Of a stretch of DNA of 64,000 nucleotides, positions 38,140 through 51,500 are shown piece after piece (within the stretch, counting starts at the first letter, position 1; the number at the start of each line of letters is the position of its first letter). The stretch comes from Chiloscyllium plagiosum. Taxonomy: Eukaryota. The position numbers were made by a program, and so were the translations under genes. Below the pieces are notes generated by a model. That model was not told where the DNA came from. It made no database searches and worked only from the letters and a program-made list of their open reading frames with translations. The stretch lies in NCBI RefSeq assembly GCF_004010195.1, contig NC_057738.1, forward strand, positions 41,693,693-41,757,692. Reading direction: 5' to 3'.

Positions 38140-39140
38140 TGCATGGTGGCTCAGTGGTTCGCACTGCTGCCTCATAGCTCCAGGGACCCAGGTTTGACTC
38201 CACCCTCGGGTGACTGCCTGTGTGGAGTTGACATGTTTTTCCATGTCGCTACGTGGGTTTTCTCTGGGTGTTCCAGATTCTACCCACAGTCCAAAGATGT
38301 GTGGGTTATGTGGATTGGCTATGCTAAATTGCCCATAGTGTCCAGCAATGTGCAGTGTGATGATGCTGCTCCTTTAACAAAGTGGTGTTGGCCTTGGTTT
38401 TTTTCAAAAGTGTTTTACAAGACTCAGGTTCCAAAATTTCTGGCTTGATCTACTTGAAGAAGCTTTTAAGTTTAAAAATTAAAGCCGAGTGGCCAGTTCT
38501 CCCAGCTCAGCTCTGCTCTGGTTTGGTTTGGCTTGGTTTGTATTTAGCAGTCTGGCTGTTCAGAACAAGCAGTCAGTCCATTTTGAGGCTGCAGGTCAAA
38601 GAAATAGCTACAAGGAAGAAGGTGTTCCATGCCAAATCTTTCTGCCATCTCTCTCTTTCTCTGACATCTTTCCTGTAAGAACCTGTGTTTAATTTTACCT
38701 TTTGTGCCAAGGGGATGTTTATGGGGATTGTTGCAAATATTGAGAACGGCACCATTAAGTTGGGATATCCGTTGGGTTTTTGGATAGTTTAAGTTATTCT
38801 ATATTCTTTTCTCTTTTGTTGGTGTTTCATTCGATAATCTTGCTAATAAATTCTGCTTTGTTTAAAACTAAGTTGCTGGGCCAGCTGCATCACTCCTGAA
38901 ATATCCACCTTACACCTGCTTAAAGCAACTAGCAAAGCTAGGGTCTGGGCTACTTTCGTGAAATATTTTGCAGGGGTTTGGCCTGGTACATCCCAGTAGG
39001 CTCGGTTGATTAATCATGAGAAATGCAAGAGTGCAGGGTATAAGGTTGTGAGGATGGGTCCGGGTGGGATACTCTTCAGAGGGTCAGTGCAGACCTGATG
39101 GGCTGAAGGGCCTGCGTCCATAAGTAGGGATTCTGTGACA
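38140..39140 (+). mobile_element. HE1-like SINE split by a solo LTR
   Basis: Head 38140-38355; remainder 39000-39140. Confidence 0.85.
38356..38995 (+). mobile_element. Solo LTR, 640 bp
   Basis: TGTGATG...CATCCCA ends, 4-bp TSD gcag/gtag (1 mismatch), internal AATAAA near 38845; inserted cleanly in a SINE. Confidence 0.75.
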
Positions 39141-40239
39141 TTACCTTCAACTTGTAAACCCAATGTCACGCTGGCATATATGAGCCCCTGATTGTGATTT
39201 CCTGTTGCCTCTTTCCCACCTGTTGTCAAGTCCTGGGTTCAGGTCATTTCTGAGGAAGAGTCAGACTGGGTTCACAACATTAACTCTGTTTGTCCTGAAT
39301 AAAGAAAGTACTTTATTCAATTGGAAACTACCTTGTGTCAATGTTTCTCCATGCGATATGTGTGGATTATCGAGTGGGGATTAATGAGATGCTAATTTTA
39401 TTTCATTCATGAATAAGACTTTCAGAACTGTCACTCCTGGTCTATGAAATATGCTTCTCTCATTAGTGAAGCTGCCCATCTCGCTGTGTATTTTTCTGTA
39501 CTTCAGTTTACTTACAGAATTCTACAACTGGTTTCCTCAAACAAACTTAATTAAGTCTTACATCTTAATAATTATTTCAGACAATAGAAATGTGTGGAGG
39601 AAAAGAATTAACATAAATTTAAAGCAAGCTGTGCAAATAATTGTCAATCTACAAGTACACAACTAATAACCTAGTCAATTCCATTTATCAGGCAGGTGTA
39701 TCATTAAAGTCAAGTCTCGAGCGCTGAACTTAGAATGTCACAGCATTGAAAATGCTCATCATTACTGTATCCAGAATGTTGCTATTCACGTATGTCAACA
39801 CTATACAGCCAATTGCATAAATTTATGCTCCTGCAGAGTGCATATCAAACATCCAATCTGTTCTTTATACATGTTGCCATTAATTATATATATATCTGTC
39901 ATGTAGAATAAAGATTGATGAGGAGTTACAACACAAAGAAAAGAGGCTGTTGGACACATCTGGCAGTGGTTCATAGAACCTCAGAGTAAAAGGTAAGGTC
40001 ATTCGGCCTGTGAAACACGTGCTAACTCCTAGTAAGATATGTGCAGTTTAACTCCACCTCTTACATGTTCAGTCCCCTATAATCTGACAGGTTAGGTCCA
40101 TTCAATCATGTGTCCAATTTTCTTTTGAAAATTTTGATGGGATTTGCTTCTCACTCCCTTTATGTGATATATTCCGGATGTTGTAAACCCCTTAGTGTGC
40201 TGGCTGAAGAATCTCATTTCCTTCTGATACTGTTTTATT

Positions 40240-40560
40240 CATTCACAGGAAGTGAACAATTGCTAAGTCAGCTTTTATTGCCCATCGAGCACTTAAGTGT
40301 CAACTACATTGTTGCAGGGCCTGGAGTCACATATAGGCTAGACCAGATAAAGACAGCAGTTTCCTTCTGTAAAGGATACAAATGAACCAGATGAGTCCGC
40401 ACTCCAACAATCAACAAAATTTTCATGGTCACCATTAATTCTGGACTTGTATTAAATTTGTATTCTAGCATCTAGTATAGTGAGATTCGAACATAGATCC
40501 CGAATACATTAGCTGGGTTGCTGGATTAACAGTACTAGTGATAATATTATTGGCTGTCAC
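40240..40560 (-). mobile_element. Third-family SINE, degraded
   Basis: gtcaactacattgttgcagggcctggagtcacatataggc. Confidence 0.65.
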
Positions 40561-41204
40561 CTCTCCCAAATTACAACATTTGCAACTTACGTTGAATTTA
40601 TGACTTCTGTTTATCAACCCACTTGTCAGAAGAGGAAATTTCTCCTCACTTGGCCAATCTATACCCCTCATAAATATTGGATCTGTTTGTTACAACTGTC
40701 CTCCCATCCTCCTCTGCTCAAAGGAAAACAATCAGAACTTCTCCAATCACTCCACAGAAATGAAATCACTCATCCCTGCTATCACCCTACCAAACTCCTC
40801 TCCATGGATTTGATGACTTCCTGAAATTACATTCAGGGACAGGCTGTTTTACTATAAATGCGGAGCATAACAGCATATTTTTTTAACAATTCTACACTCC
40901 ATTTAAAAAGTCCCACATACCTTAGAGATTGTCAAACTTTATGAATATACTTACATTTTCAGACACCTTTTGCACTTCTAACCCCTCCCTGTGTATCACC
41001 ATTTTGTTCCCTTCCACACTACATCATTTCACTGGAGTAAAGGAAAAAAAGGACTAAGGATTCATGGATCATTTCCCCACTGGCTGTTCGCTCTACTGCA
41101 ACATCTGGGAATGGCAGTTTGTTGTTTTTTTTTCCTTTCTTCAGTGAATTTTATGCCAGTAAGGGTATTATTCATGGTCTTGAATGTTTTCTTAATTTGT
41201 TTTG

Positions 41205-42025
41205 TCACTAAAGAGGAGGAAAACAACAACAAACTGCCATTCTTAGATGTCACAGTAGAACAAACAACCCATGGGGATCTTCAAACCAGTGTCTATTGGA
41301 AAACAACAGATATGGAACAAATATTGAACTACAGAAGCAATTATCCCAACACCCACAAATGGAGCTCCATTAGAACACTATTTCAATGGCCACTGCACAT
41401 TGCAGCACAGAGGAACTATGCAGAGCAGAGGAAAATCACCTGTACAGCGTATTCAAAAAGAATGGGTACCCAATGAACATAGTCCTCCAATTTCTCAGCA
41501 ACATACCCCAACAAGGAGACAAAACACATCCAGAAATCCTAGCCACTCTCCCCTACATCAAAGACAACTTGGAAATGACTGCCAAACCACTCAGACCTCT
41601 TGGCATCATGGTAGCCCGCCAAACCACTCAGACCTCTTGGCATCATGGTAGCCCACAAACCCAGTAACACACTAAAACAGCAGCTAATGAACTTAAAAGA
41701 ACCTATACAGAAAACAAGCAAAACTAATGTCATTTACAAAATACCTTGCAAGAACTGCAACAAACACTACATTGGATAAACAGGCAGAAAACTAGCCATC
41801 AGGATACATGAACATCAACTAGCCACAAAAAGACATGACCCACTCTCACTAGTATCCTTATGTATGGATGAGGAAGGACATCACTTCGACTGGGACAACA
41901 CATCCATCCTAGGACAAGCCAAACAGAGACACTCATAAGAATTTCTAGAAGCATGGCATTCCAACTGGAACTCTATGAACAAACACATTGACTTGAATCC
42001 CATTTACCACCTCCTCAGAAAAAGA
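41205..42025 (+). pseudogene. PLE RT thumb and GIY-YIG remnant without a Cys linker
   Basis: KLPFLDVTV..SVYWKTT..; FKKNGYP; LPYIK; TNVIYKIPCKNCNKHYIG*TGRKL..RIHEH; GHHFDWDNTSIL. Confidence 0.92.
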
Positions 42026-42144
42026 ACAGGAAATGACATTATCATAGGAAATGATGTCACCACAGAAAATTATATCACCAACCCAAGGAAAGTCAAACAT
42101 ATAAATAGAAAGTGGGCTACACCACCAGTGCTTCATTCGGAGGC

Positions 42145-42184
42145 TCACTGAAGATGTTACCGAGCATGGTGATGAAACGTCTGA
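42145..42184 (+). ncRNA. Minimal type I hammerhead motif (family D)
   Basis: UCA-CUGAAGA-U-GUUACC-GAGCAU-GGUGAU-GAAA-C-GUC-UGA; helix I UCA/UGA. Confidence 0.7.
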
Positions 42185-43454
42185 AAATGAACCTTCAGCT
42201 CAGCAAGCAAACCTACATCTAGAAACTCAACCTGAGCTATAAATCTTCTTGAAACAGGATAACTAAGGAATCATTAACACTATGGAGCATTAGGGTTGGG
42301 GGAAATGATGATGAAGCTGGAATTATGATCCAGAAGTGCCAGGCTAAGGCTGTAGGAACATTGGTTTAAATCTCACGTTTCCAGCTGGCAAACACTGTAA
42401 AGGGGAGGTGATGGACTTGTGATATTATCATTGAATTGTTAATTCAGAGACCCAGGGAGTGTTTTGAAAACTCAGGCTTGAATCTACCAGAGCAGATGAT
42501 GGGATTTGAATTCAATAAAAATCTGCATTGAGAGACTAATGATGACCATCATGATACCACATTCCCTGTTTGCAACAATGTCTGAACTTTTATTGGCCGG
42601 AGTTTCTGTTTTCATTACTGATGTGAACTGCTGACTTTATCTGGCTGACATCTTCAAATGCTTATTATAAGCTGTTCTTTCTGTGAATCATTTGTTAATG
42701 TCTCAACATATATTTATTGAAGATCAAGAAGTTTGAAGCACTTGAAGGCTGGATTCTTGACACCTTGACATTTATCTGATTCAGGACTATGGAAGCAGCA
42801 GTCTTTTCTTCAAAAGCTTTGTGAGTGATGTTTATAGATATTCAAACTTGAAAGTGTTCTATGTGTGTCTAGTTATGAACTAACATATACAGAGAAAACG
42901 GGCACACAAGCTACAAGAGATAGCACTGAATTGTTATGGAATGTAAATGAGAGAACATGCAGGTTAGTTGGGGGGATGTTGGTGGATGCTGTGGAGCGAG
43001 TGCTAGATGGCTAAGGATATTCTGACAGATCCTGGACTATGTCTTGGAGAAATCTCAGATAATAGAGGCTAGACTTCTAACCAGCTCACTGACGGTGTGT
43101 TTCCAGGTTTACTGGCCTGACTACACCCATCCTGCTTCTCACAGCTAAAACTGTGTCTCAGGGAAATGCTCATTAAAAAAAAAATCCTGACTTGAACTAT
43201 CCACCACTGTAGTCAAAACCCAGCCTCAAATATTTAATAGTGCAATATTCAAAAGGATAACTACTGGATTTCAAGTGTGACTTTAATCACTTTACAAAAA
43301 GAACTCAACAGTGCATCAAATGTGTAACTTGCAGAAAGTATTCTGGTCATTGACAGTGCATTTTCCTGTACTGAAATTTCTTTACTAAGAGATTGGTAAG
43401 CCTATAGAATTTGCTACCACAAAAAAACAATCAAGATCAAAATATTGTTTTCTT

Positions 43455-43785
43455 CCAGTCATTCATGGGCCATGAACATCACCGGCTAGGCCAACATTTA
43501 CTGCCCATCCCCAATTGCCCAGAGGGCAGTTAAGAGTCAACTACATTGCTGTAGGTTTGGAGTCACAAGTAGGTCAGCAGTTTCCTTCCCTAAAGGACAT
43601 TAGTGAGCCAGATGGATTTTCCTAACAATTGACACATGGTCATCGGTAGATTCGCAATTCCAGATTTTTATCGGATTCCATTTCCACTATCCACAATGGC
43701 AGAATTCAAATCTCTGTCCCCAGTACATTAGTTCAGTCCCTGGATCAAGAATCCAGTGACAATACCACAAGGCCATCAACTCCCG
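43455..43785 (-). mobile_element. Third-family SINE nested in an old CR1 3' end (~43380-43935)
   Basis: gcccatccccaattgcccagagggcagttaagagtcaac; CR1-like flanks. Confidence 0.75.
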
Positions 43786-43960
43786 GAGTGTAATTTCAAG
43801 GAGTTGCTTGTAGCACTTGGAGCTAAAGGGATCAAAGCATATGGGAGCAAAACAGGAATCAACGATTGAGTTGGATGATCAGTCATGATCATGAAGCACA
43901 ATGGCCTTCTCCTGCCTTTATTTTCTATGTTTCCAAATGTTATTACGGAGTGAATTATTT

Positions 43961-44044
43961 AGGAGAAAGTGAGGACTGCAGATGCTGGAGATCAGAGCTG
44001 AAAATGTGTTGCTGGAAAAGCGCAGCAGGTCAGGCAGCGTCCAA
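43961..44044 (-). mobile_element. 84-bp PLE family A tail insertion
   Basis: Exact 14-bp TSD ggagtgaattattt at 43947-43960 and 44045-44058. Confidence 0.9.
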
Positions 44045-44899
44045 GGAGTGAATTATTTGTCATGAATGCGCAAGGAGAAAGTCATACTTTAGATCCAGAC
44101 CTGGATCTCTTTTCTTTTCATGTGTGACATGTAAGCACAGCTCATGGACACTAATTACACAGCTGATAGTACTGTTTTCAATCAGGAATATTTTCAGATG
44201 GTAGAGTTTTTTTGGGATTCTAAATCTTTATGTTCCCTACCCAGTAAAAGGCAGCTGTGAAAACAGGGTCAGGAAAGCTCTCAGTGGAGGCTTTCTCAGC
44301 CCCTTACCTCCATGAGGTCAGACCTCCTTGGACAAGGTGTTTATGGACTGAATTTGAAGATGAAGAGGAGGTGGACAAGTATCAGATGTAGGTTCATCAA
44401 AGCATCAGGCTCCTTTTATTTCAACGCTTTGTATCCGACAATATCCTGCCAGAAGACTAGATCAGGGTGCTCTCCTGTCAATCGTTCGTACTGAGACTGA
44501 CGTGCAAACTCATCTCATCAGCAAGCTGGTGTAACCTTTACCACTCCTCAAGTTCCCTGACAAAATGTGACAAGTACAAAAGCAAGTTCCTCCGGCACTC
44601 TGCACCTTTCAAGAAAATAGGTAAAACAAACACGTTCAAAAGTCTATTAAGATCAGCACAGATCTCCCTAAGTATCACAGCCCTCTGAGAGACAGGATTC
44701 CTAAGATTCACAACACCCTGAGTGAAAAAATATCCTCATGTCACTCCAAAATAATAGAGTATCAACCTCAAGGCTCATTACCCCTGATCAGTGCACAAAA
44801 AAGGAAAATACTCCAGAATGAGGTGTAATAGGAGCATTCCTCAAATCATAGAATGAGAAAGCACTGGAGGAGTCACCAATACACTCTGTTCCACCTGTT

Positions 44900-45050
44900 T
44901 CTCTTGCTTCCTCTGTCTACAACATGAAAACCATCAATTCCACCACCTTGTCAGTTCTGCAGAGCAGTATATCGGAATCAAAACCTGAACTCTGTTTCTC
45001 TCTCCAGAGGTGCTGTTGGACCTGCTGAATTTCTCCAGCACTTCCATTTT
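44900..45050 (+). mobile_element. PLE family C 3' end, decayed
   Basis: aactctgtttctctctccagaggtgctgttggacctgctgaatttctccagca. Confidence 0.6.
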
Positions 45051-45784
45051 TTTCTTCTTCAGCACAGGAGAAGACCATTTGGCTCTTTGTCTGCATTACC
45101 AGAAATCATCATCACTTTACAGACTTGAACATAGCTAAAAGGGACAGAAAGTCAGAGTGTTTTGACCTGCCCTCATCAGGATTGGTTTGAAAACTCCTGG
45201 TGAGTACAAGATAAAAAGGATCAACTTTGTGTCTCTTTTCAGAAATGTTAAAATTCTATGCCACCAAGCAATTACTTTGTTGTCTACAGAACAACAGTAA
45301 AGATGCATTCACATACAATAGAGTCTAACCTCATGAGATAAACACCACAAGGAAAACTGCTTCACAGACCAATTCCATTATCTTTCATCGTTCCTGAGTC
45401 CCTTGCTGAATTATCTATTGAAGTAAGGAACAACATTCAACAACATAGAAAATAAAGCAAATGAAAATGTTAAAAGGAGCATAAATTATCAGAACCCAAG
45501 GAGTGACATGAAGAAATAAGAGGTAACAACTCAGATGGCAAGAGCCACAAAGGGAGTTTGGAAAGGAACTTTTATGTGGAATCAAAATTAACAATTTAAA
45601 AAAAAAAATCATGATAAAGAAAAGAGAGAAAACCAGGAACATTGTGGCCTTCTTGAAAACTGACAAGAGAAACAGTATTGGAAGTAAAGAATGGGTGGAT
45701 TTATTGGGTAATCATTTCACATCAGTAGTTAAGACCCTGAAATAGACATCAACAAACCTGATATCCCCAGGATTGTTATTATAT

Positions 45785-46270
45785 TATTGGAGGCAGTTCA
45801 GAGAAGGTTCACAGGGATGATCCCTAGTATGAAGGGATTGTCTAATGAGCAAAGGCTAAACAAGTTGGGACTCTGATCACTGGAGTTTAGAAGAATGAGA
45901 GGTGACCTCATTGAAACATAGAGGATTCTCAAGCAACTTGACAGGGTCAATATCAAGAAGATGCTCCCCTTTATGTGAGAGTCTAGGACCAGAGGGCATA
46001 GTTTTAGAATAAAGAGACACCAATTTAAGACTGAGATGGGTAGGAATTTTGTCTCTCAGAGAGCTGGGTGTCTTTGGAAGTCCTTGCCACAGAGAACTGT
46101 GGAGGCAGAGTTCTTGTGTACACTTGAGACTGAGATTCTTGATCAGTCAAGGAATCAAAAGTTATGGGGAAAGAGCAGGAAAGTGGCCATGAGGAATGTT
46201 GAATCAGTTAGCATGTAATGGTGGAGCAGACTCAAGGAGCTGAACAGTCTACTCCTGTTCCTATTTCTTA
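45785..46270 (+). mobile_element. CR1 3' fragment
   Basis: VQRRFTGMIP..SLEFRRMRGDLIET..SRTRGHS.. Confidence 0.9.
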
Positions 46271-46717
46271 GAAAATGAATGTTGAATAAGACAAGTGGTT
46301 TCGGCCAAAATTAAAATGACCATCAGCAAACCAACAGAGAGCAAGGAAGTGATCATTTCAAATCAGAAATACTAGATTTTTGCTATAAAAGGCATAATAG
46401 GTATCAATACAGATGTATATACAAAATGGGTGAAGCTGAAAAATAAATCAGTCATCAACTCATTGATAGACAGGACTAGCTCAAGTGGATGAATAATGTT
46501 GTCCTGTTTCTGTGTGCATCATGAAGTTTGTGATTTTCTGTATATAACCCATGTAACATATAGCACAAAGAGCCTGGTTCTTGTTGAGTCAGATAACATG
46601 AAGCTTATTTACAACAAAGGTTGGAATATCACAGATGTATGTGCACAGTCTGGACCACTGATAACTGACATTGCATGGATTGCATGCACATAACTGGCCG
46701 ATAACATTGACTCCATG

Positions 46718-46721
<4 letters not shown>

Positions 46722-46757
<36 letters not shown>
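46722..46757. repeat. (GA)n microsatellite
   Basis: Directly visible. Confidence 0.97.
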
Positions 46758-49194
46758 GGGACTGCAGGTAACATGTGCACCTTTGTACTGGAACATCAGA
46801 TGTTGTGGTGTCATGCAATTGTCTCAAACATCTGTATGGTCTGGAATACATTCTGTTATACATCAGTGTATTAGAGTGTACCATAATGGACTCTGGATTT
46901 CTAAATTTCACATGACAGAGAATTATTTGGCTTTGAAAAATATCTAGCAGCTGTGGGAACAGATAAAGTGGCTGTGGAGGCAGATATAAATCAGAGGGTC
47001 TGCCGATGTCTGGTTTAATGTGGATAATTGCTTAGTAGTCTGTATAGGTGTGAATAATACCTTTAATAACAAGCCAAATAGCTGAAATCATGAACAAAAA
47101 CTTTGGAAATATTCACAGCCTAGTCTTCATATTTATTTCTGCTCTGCAAGATAGCTATTCATAAGACAAACAGAACATTAGGGCACATTGCCAAAAATAT
47201 AGAAGACAAGTCCATGGAGTATGAACCCAGTGGTGTAGCATCAACTGTGTTTAAAGGGAAAATGTAGTCTGGGGATAAGTATTTTGAATTTTAAGGCAAT
47301 TCATTAACAAATGTGATGCATATGCAAATGTCCTCTGTGGAGCTCTGAAGGTATTGATGATGTGGTTAAAGGGATGCATCGGATACTAGGGAGTTTACTG
47401 GTAGGAACTAGATTAAAACATTTTGGTTTGTTTCCCGGATGCTTCCCAATCATCCCACAGCTTGACAAATATGTGAACAAAAGTAGAAAACGAGAGGTGA
47501 TGATGGGTTGGAAACAGCTTTATTCAACTTTATTCTACTGCAAACTGCAGTGAACTAAATGTTCAAGCCAGTGTCCTCTCATATCTCTTCATCAAACTCC
47601 AACAAAGTCCCTCATGTGTTTATCTAACTTCCTCTAATCCCATCTGTGTAAATCTCCTCGCCTCACCTCAGTGATGTGTCACAACCGTGAGTGTATCTCC
47701 ACCAAATGGACAGCCAAGGTTTTCGAAGGCAGGTCACTGCCACTTTCTCTGAGACAAATGAGTCTGGGCAATGAATGTTAGCCTGGCCAGCAATGCCCAC
47801 ATTGCCTTATTGACTAAAACAAAATGGTGTTCCACCTTCTAGCTGCTCTGGTTAAAATATATCTCATGAAGCTTTATTTGTTTTATTAATGACGATCTGG
47901 TGTATATCACTTTGTGTCTGTTCCCTGCTCTGCAAATGGAAATGTCAGTGATGGTCACTCTAGGAACTTTCAATATTTATCATTTATCTTACATTTTGGC
48001 CTCTGTTGTATCTACTTTGTTCGTAATAAGTATTGTGGGGACAGGGGTTATAAGCATCTATATGTCACCTCCTTATTTCTGTAATGACACTTGCATCTAA
48101 ACGGAATAAAGATATCTCAAGGAGTCCATCTGAAAGAAGGATTATCAAGTGAAAGTTGGCACTGAGCTAAACAATATTGTTAGGACAGATGGCCAAAAGC
48201 TGGGCAAGTGATGTGATGGGACAAAACATGCATTAGCATTTAACATTGTAGATAACCATCACCTTCTCAGGGTAATCAGTCAAGGGCAAGAAGTGTGTCC
48301 TTCACAGTGTATCACAAAAATAAATGGCTAAAAATTTAGTTTGAATGTAGTGTCTATTTATAAACAATTGGCACACCAAAGGCCAGGAGTTCCATTCACA
48401 GTACATCAAGGGGAGGTTAGCCTAATAAGAAAGGAGGTATAATCTGTGCCAGCACTGAATAGAGTCAGGCATAAATAACTCGTTTGGAAGCCTACAGCCG
48501 GACACAGCTGCTGGAGCTGAAGCATATTTAAAGCGGTCTTTATTGCCTGGATGGAGTTGGATGAGCTTCTGACAGGGCAAGGACACAGGAGACCACTGGG
48601 ATAATTTTGATCCTTCTCACAGCAAGAGTTGCTGTTTGAGCTTGAGATTTGAAGCAGGTCAGTCCCTCATTTGGCATTTTCAGTGACAAGAAGCAGTCAC
48701 ACCTGGATGGGGGAGAATACAATGGGCCAGTGTTGCATCCAAGAAAATGTTAGCCTACCCCAAAAAACTCACAGGGCACACAGATCGCATGAAGAGGAGC
48801 AAAGTGCACATCTGTGTGCTGAACCTTGCCATGTACATCCACAAGGCAAGTGGTTACACATTTTGGATAAATTGAAATTATCCTTAAATCACTTTGAGAA
48901 TATGATAGACACTGTATGAATGTAATTCATCTTTACAAGAGAAAATAGCAGGGCCAGGCCAATTAATATACAAAGACCTGCAGCCAAGATCATCTGGGCA
49001 GACAGTTCATGCTTGTGGCTGTGAGAGTGCTGATTACATTCAGTTCATATGCCACAGGCAGCCACAGGGGTTTTATACACTTACACTCAGGGTGTCATCC
49101 AGTCACCCAGGTAACTGGCACATTCAGGCAGCAGTGGGGGACTCATGCCATGTCATGTTGTTTGACATGTTGACAAGGTAGTAGAGTTAGCAAG

Positions 49195-49352
49195 AACTAT
49201 CATACAGTCATACAGCATGGAAACAGATCCTTTAGTTTAACCAGTCCAAGCCGAACATAATCCCAAAATAAACTAGTCCCACCTGCCTGCTCCTGGCCCT
49301 TACCCCTCCAAACCTTTCATATTTATGTATCTATCCAAATGTCTCTTAAACC
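49195..49352 (-). mobile_element. CR1 3' end fragment
   Basis: FKRHLDRYINMKGLEG plus 3'UTR. Confidence 0.85.
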
Positions 49353-49539
49353 TGCACTTTTTTCCTTCTGGGTTTTGCCACATTGGCATTGATGCAGTGA
49401 TGCAACTCCTCCAGACTCCTTGTTCACAGAGAGAGGTATTATACATCAACAATCTAGATTGCATGTGATCAGTTCTCTGGCTAATTCCTGTGTTGCTTTC
49501 AATTTCCAGCAACATCTGCCTTATCTTCCATGACAAACT

Positions 49540-49716
49540 GCCACACTCACTGTCACACTCACAATAACATTCAATGTCACAATCACCACCACACTTGCTA
49601 TTGCAATCACTATCACACTCACTTTCAGATTCACTGTCATACTTTCTACAACAGTGAATATCACATGCACAGTTACACTCACTATCACACTTGCTATCAC
49701 ACTCACTACCACACAC
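49540..49716. repeat. Degenerate 6/12-bp tandem repeat (cactat-cacact)n
   Basis: cacactcactgtcacactcac..cactatcacact periodicity. Confidence 0.85.
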
Positions 49717-50429
49717 ATTGTCGTCCTACCTTGCTTCCATTCCAATTCCTCAGGTGTCTCTGAACTGGGCTTTCTGAAGAAGAGTACATGTCCATGGTGT
49801 TGAAAACTCTGAACTAATGGATGGTAAAACTTATTGCTAGTTAGAGCTTCACCCTCAGAGATCCTCCAAATGAAAATGGGTTGGAAAGTTAGACAGTGTT
49901 CCTGAGGAGAGGTAACAGACATGAAAAATGTTGGAGAAACTAATGTTTTGATCTGGTATGATGCTTCTTCAGAATCTCAACTTCAAGTTCGTTTTCCTTC
50001 TCTGGTTGGTTTCTTTGAGCAGTTTTGTTCAATGTGAGTCTGTCAGTCTGAGTGGGGCATGCGGGAGTCTTGGAAAAAACACATCAATCTCCCCTTTTTC
50101 ACCACCAGCTTTCTGTGATGATTTTCTCTTTACACAACAACAACCTTTTACGTCATAAAGGCATAGACTGGTTCTCACCCACATCACACCAGCTCCCAAC
50201 CGGTGGTGTTAGTCAGCCTAAATTAAATATTTGCAGATATAATTACAGCAAATGATGACTTATTTGGTTTGATGCAAATTACTTTGAGTTATTTCTGCTT
50301 AAGCCCTGCATTACTCTAACTGGTGATGTGTTATTCAGAAATGAATGTTTAAATCTGTTTACTGTTGGGATTATGTGGAACGCCAGGTATGTGCTGTGGT
50401 GCCAAAAAAGATTTAAAGTGATGCAATGC

Positions 50430-50700
50430 AGGGTGGCAGAGTAACACAGTGGTTAGCACTGTTCTCTCACCATGCTGGGAACCCACCCTTGGGTCACTGT
50501 GTGGAGATTACACATTCTTCCTGTCTGTACACATTTCCTCCCACAGTCCAAATGTGTGCAGGTCAGATGGAATTGGCCTATCGTGTGCAGGCTAATGGAG
50601 TTAGTCATGTAAATGTGGGGTTATGGGGATAGGGAGGGAACACGGGGTCTGGGAGATTAGATGCAGAGTGAATGGCCTCTTTCTGCACTGTAGTGATTTG
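50430..50700 (+). mobile_element. HE1-like SINE, degraded
   Basis: cagtggttagcactg..cctcccacagtccaaa. Confidence 0.75.
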
Positions 50701-51034
50701 AAATGGTTAGTGTCACAGAGAACACATATTTCCTTTAGAAACTTTTTTGTGAACTCCTTCAGTCATCACCATGAAGCCCCGATTCCCACAGGTCTCACTG
50801 ATTGTCTCCTGGACCCAAACCCCCACCCTCCCTACTGCTTGATGGCCAGCCCCCCCCGCATTCAACACCAGGCACACCCAGCCCCCCTCCCGCAACCCCC
50901 ACACACCTCCACCCTTCCCATTAAAAGTAGAGCCATGTAACTGGAAACAAATGTAGGGATGTTTATAAAATAAACTTGTCAAAGCTCGTCTTCCCTATAA
51001 AGATATAACCAATGAAATACCTTTGTTTTTATCC

Positions 51035-51500
51035 TTTCATGAGGCGTGGATGCTACCAGCAAGGTCAGCATTTGTTGCCCGTCCCCAACTGCCCTTGAAC
51101 TGGGTGGTTTGCTTGCCCATTTCGGAGGGCAGTTAAGGGTAAACCATGTTACTGGGAGTCTGGAGTCACATGTCAGCCAGACCGTGTAAGGAATGCAGAT
51201 TTCCTTGCCCAAAGGATGTTAGTGAACTAAATGGGTTGTTATGATAATTGTTGCGTGACTGACATGAGGCTAACTTTTCTTTCCAGGTTTTATTGAAGTA
51301 ATATTTCACCATCTCACCATGAGGAGTGTTGGATCAGCCATGGTCCTGAAGAATGTTGGAGCAGACTTGAGGGGCCAAATGACCCACTGCTGTTTCTAAT
51401 GGTCAAATGGTTTTATCTGCTATGATGGGATTAAACTCTCATCCATAGAACATTAGTCTGGGACTCTGGGTTACTAATCCAAAGACATTAGTATTGCACC
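51035..51500 (-). mobile_element. Third-family SINE with a CR1 tail fragment inside
   Basis: ggagggcagttaagggtaaacc..gtctggagtcacatgt. Confidence 0.7.

Larger units (their letters stand above)
41066..42261 (+). mobile_element. Poseidon/Penelope-type PLE (family D), 5' truncated, with 5' inversion
   Basis: TSD actaagga(t/a)tcat at 41053-41065 and 42262-42274; ORF remnant; hammerhead motif in the 3' end. Confidence 0.9.

Noticed and set aside
48540-49170. Possible decayed Harbinger transposase
   Set aside because: No catalytic motif could be read convincingly.
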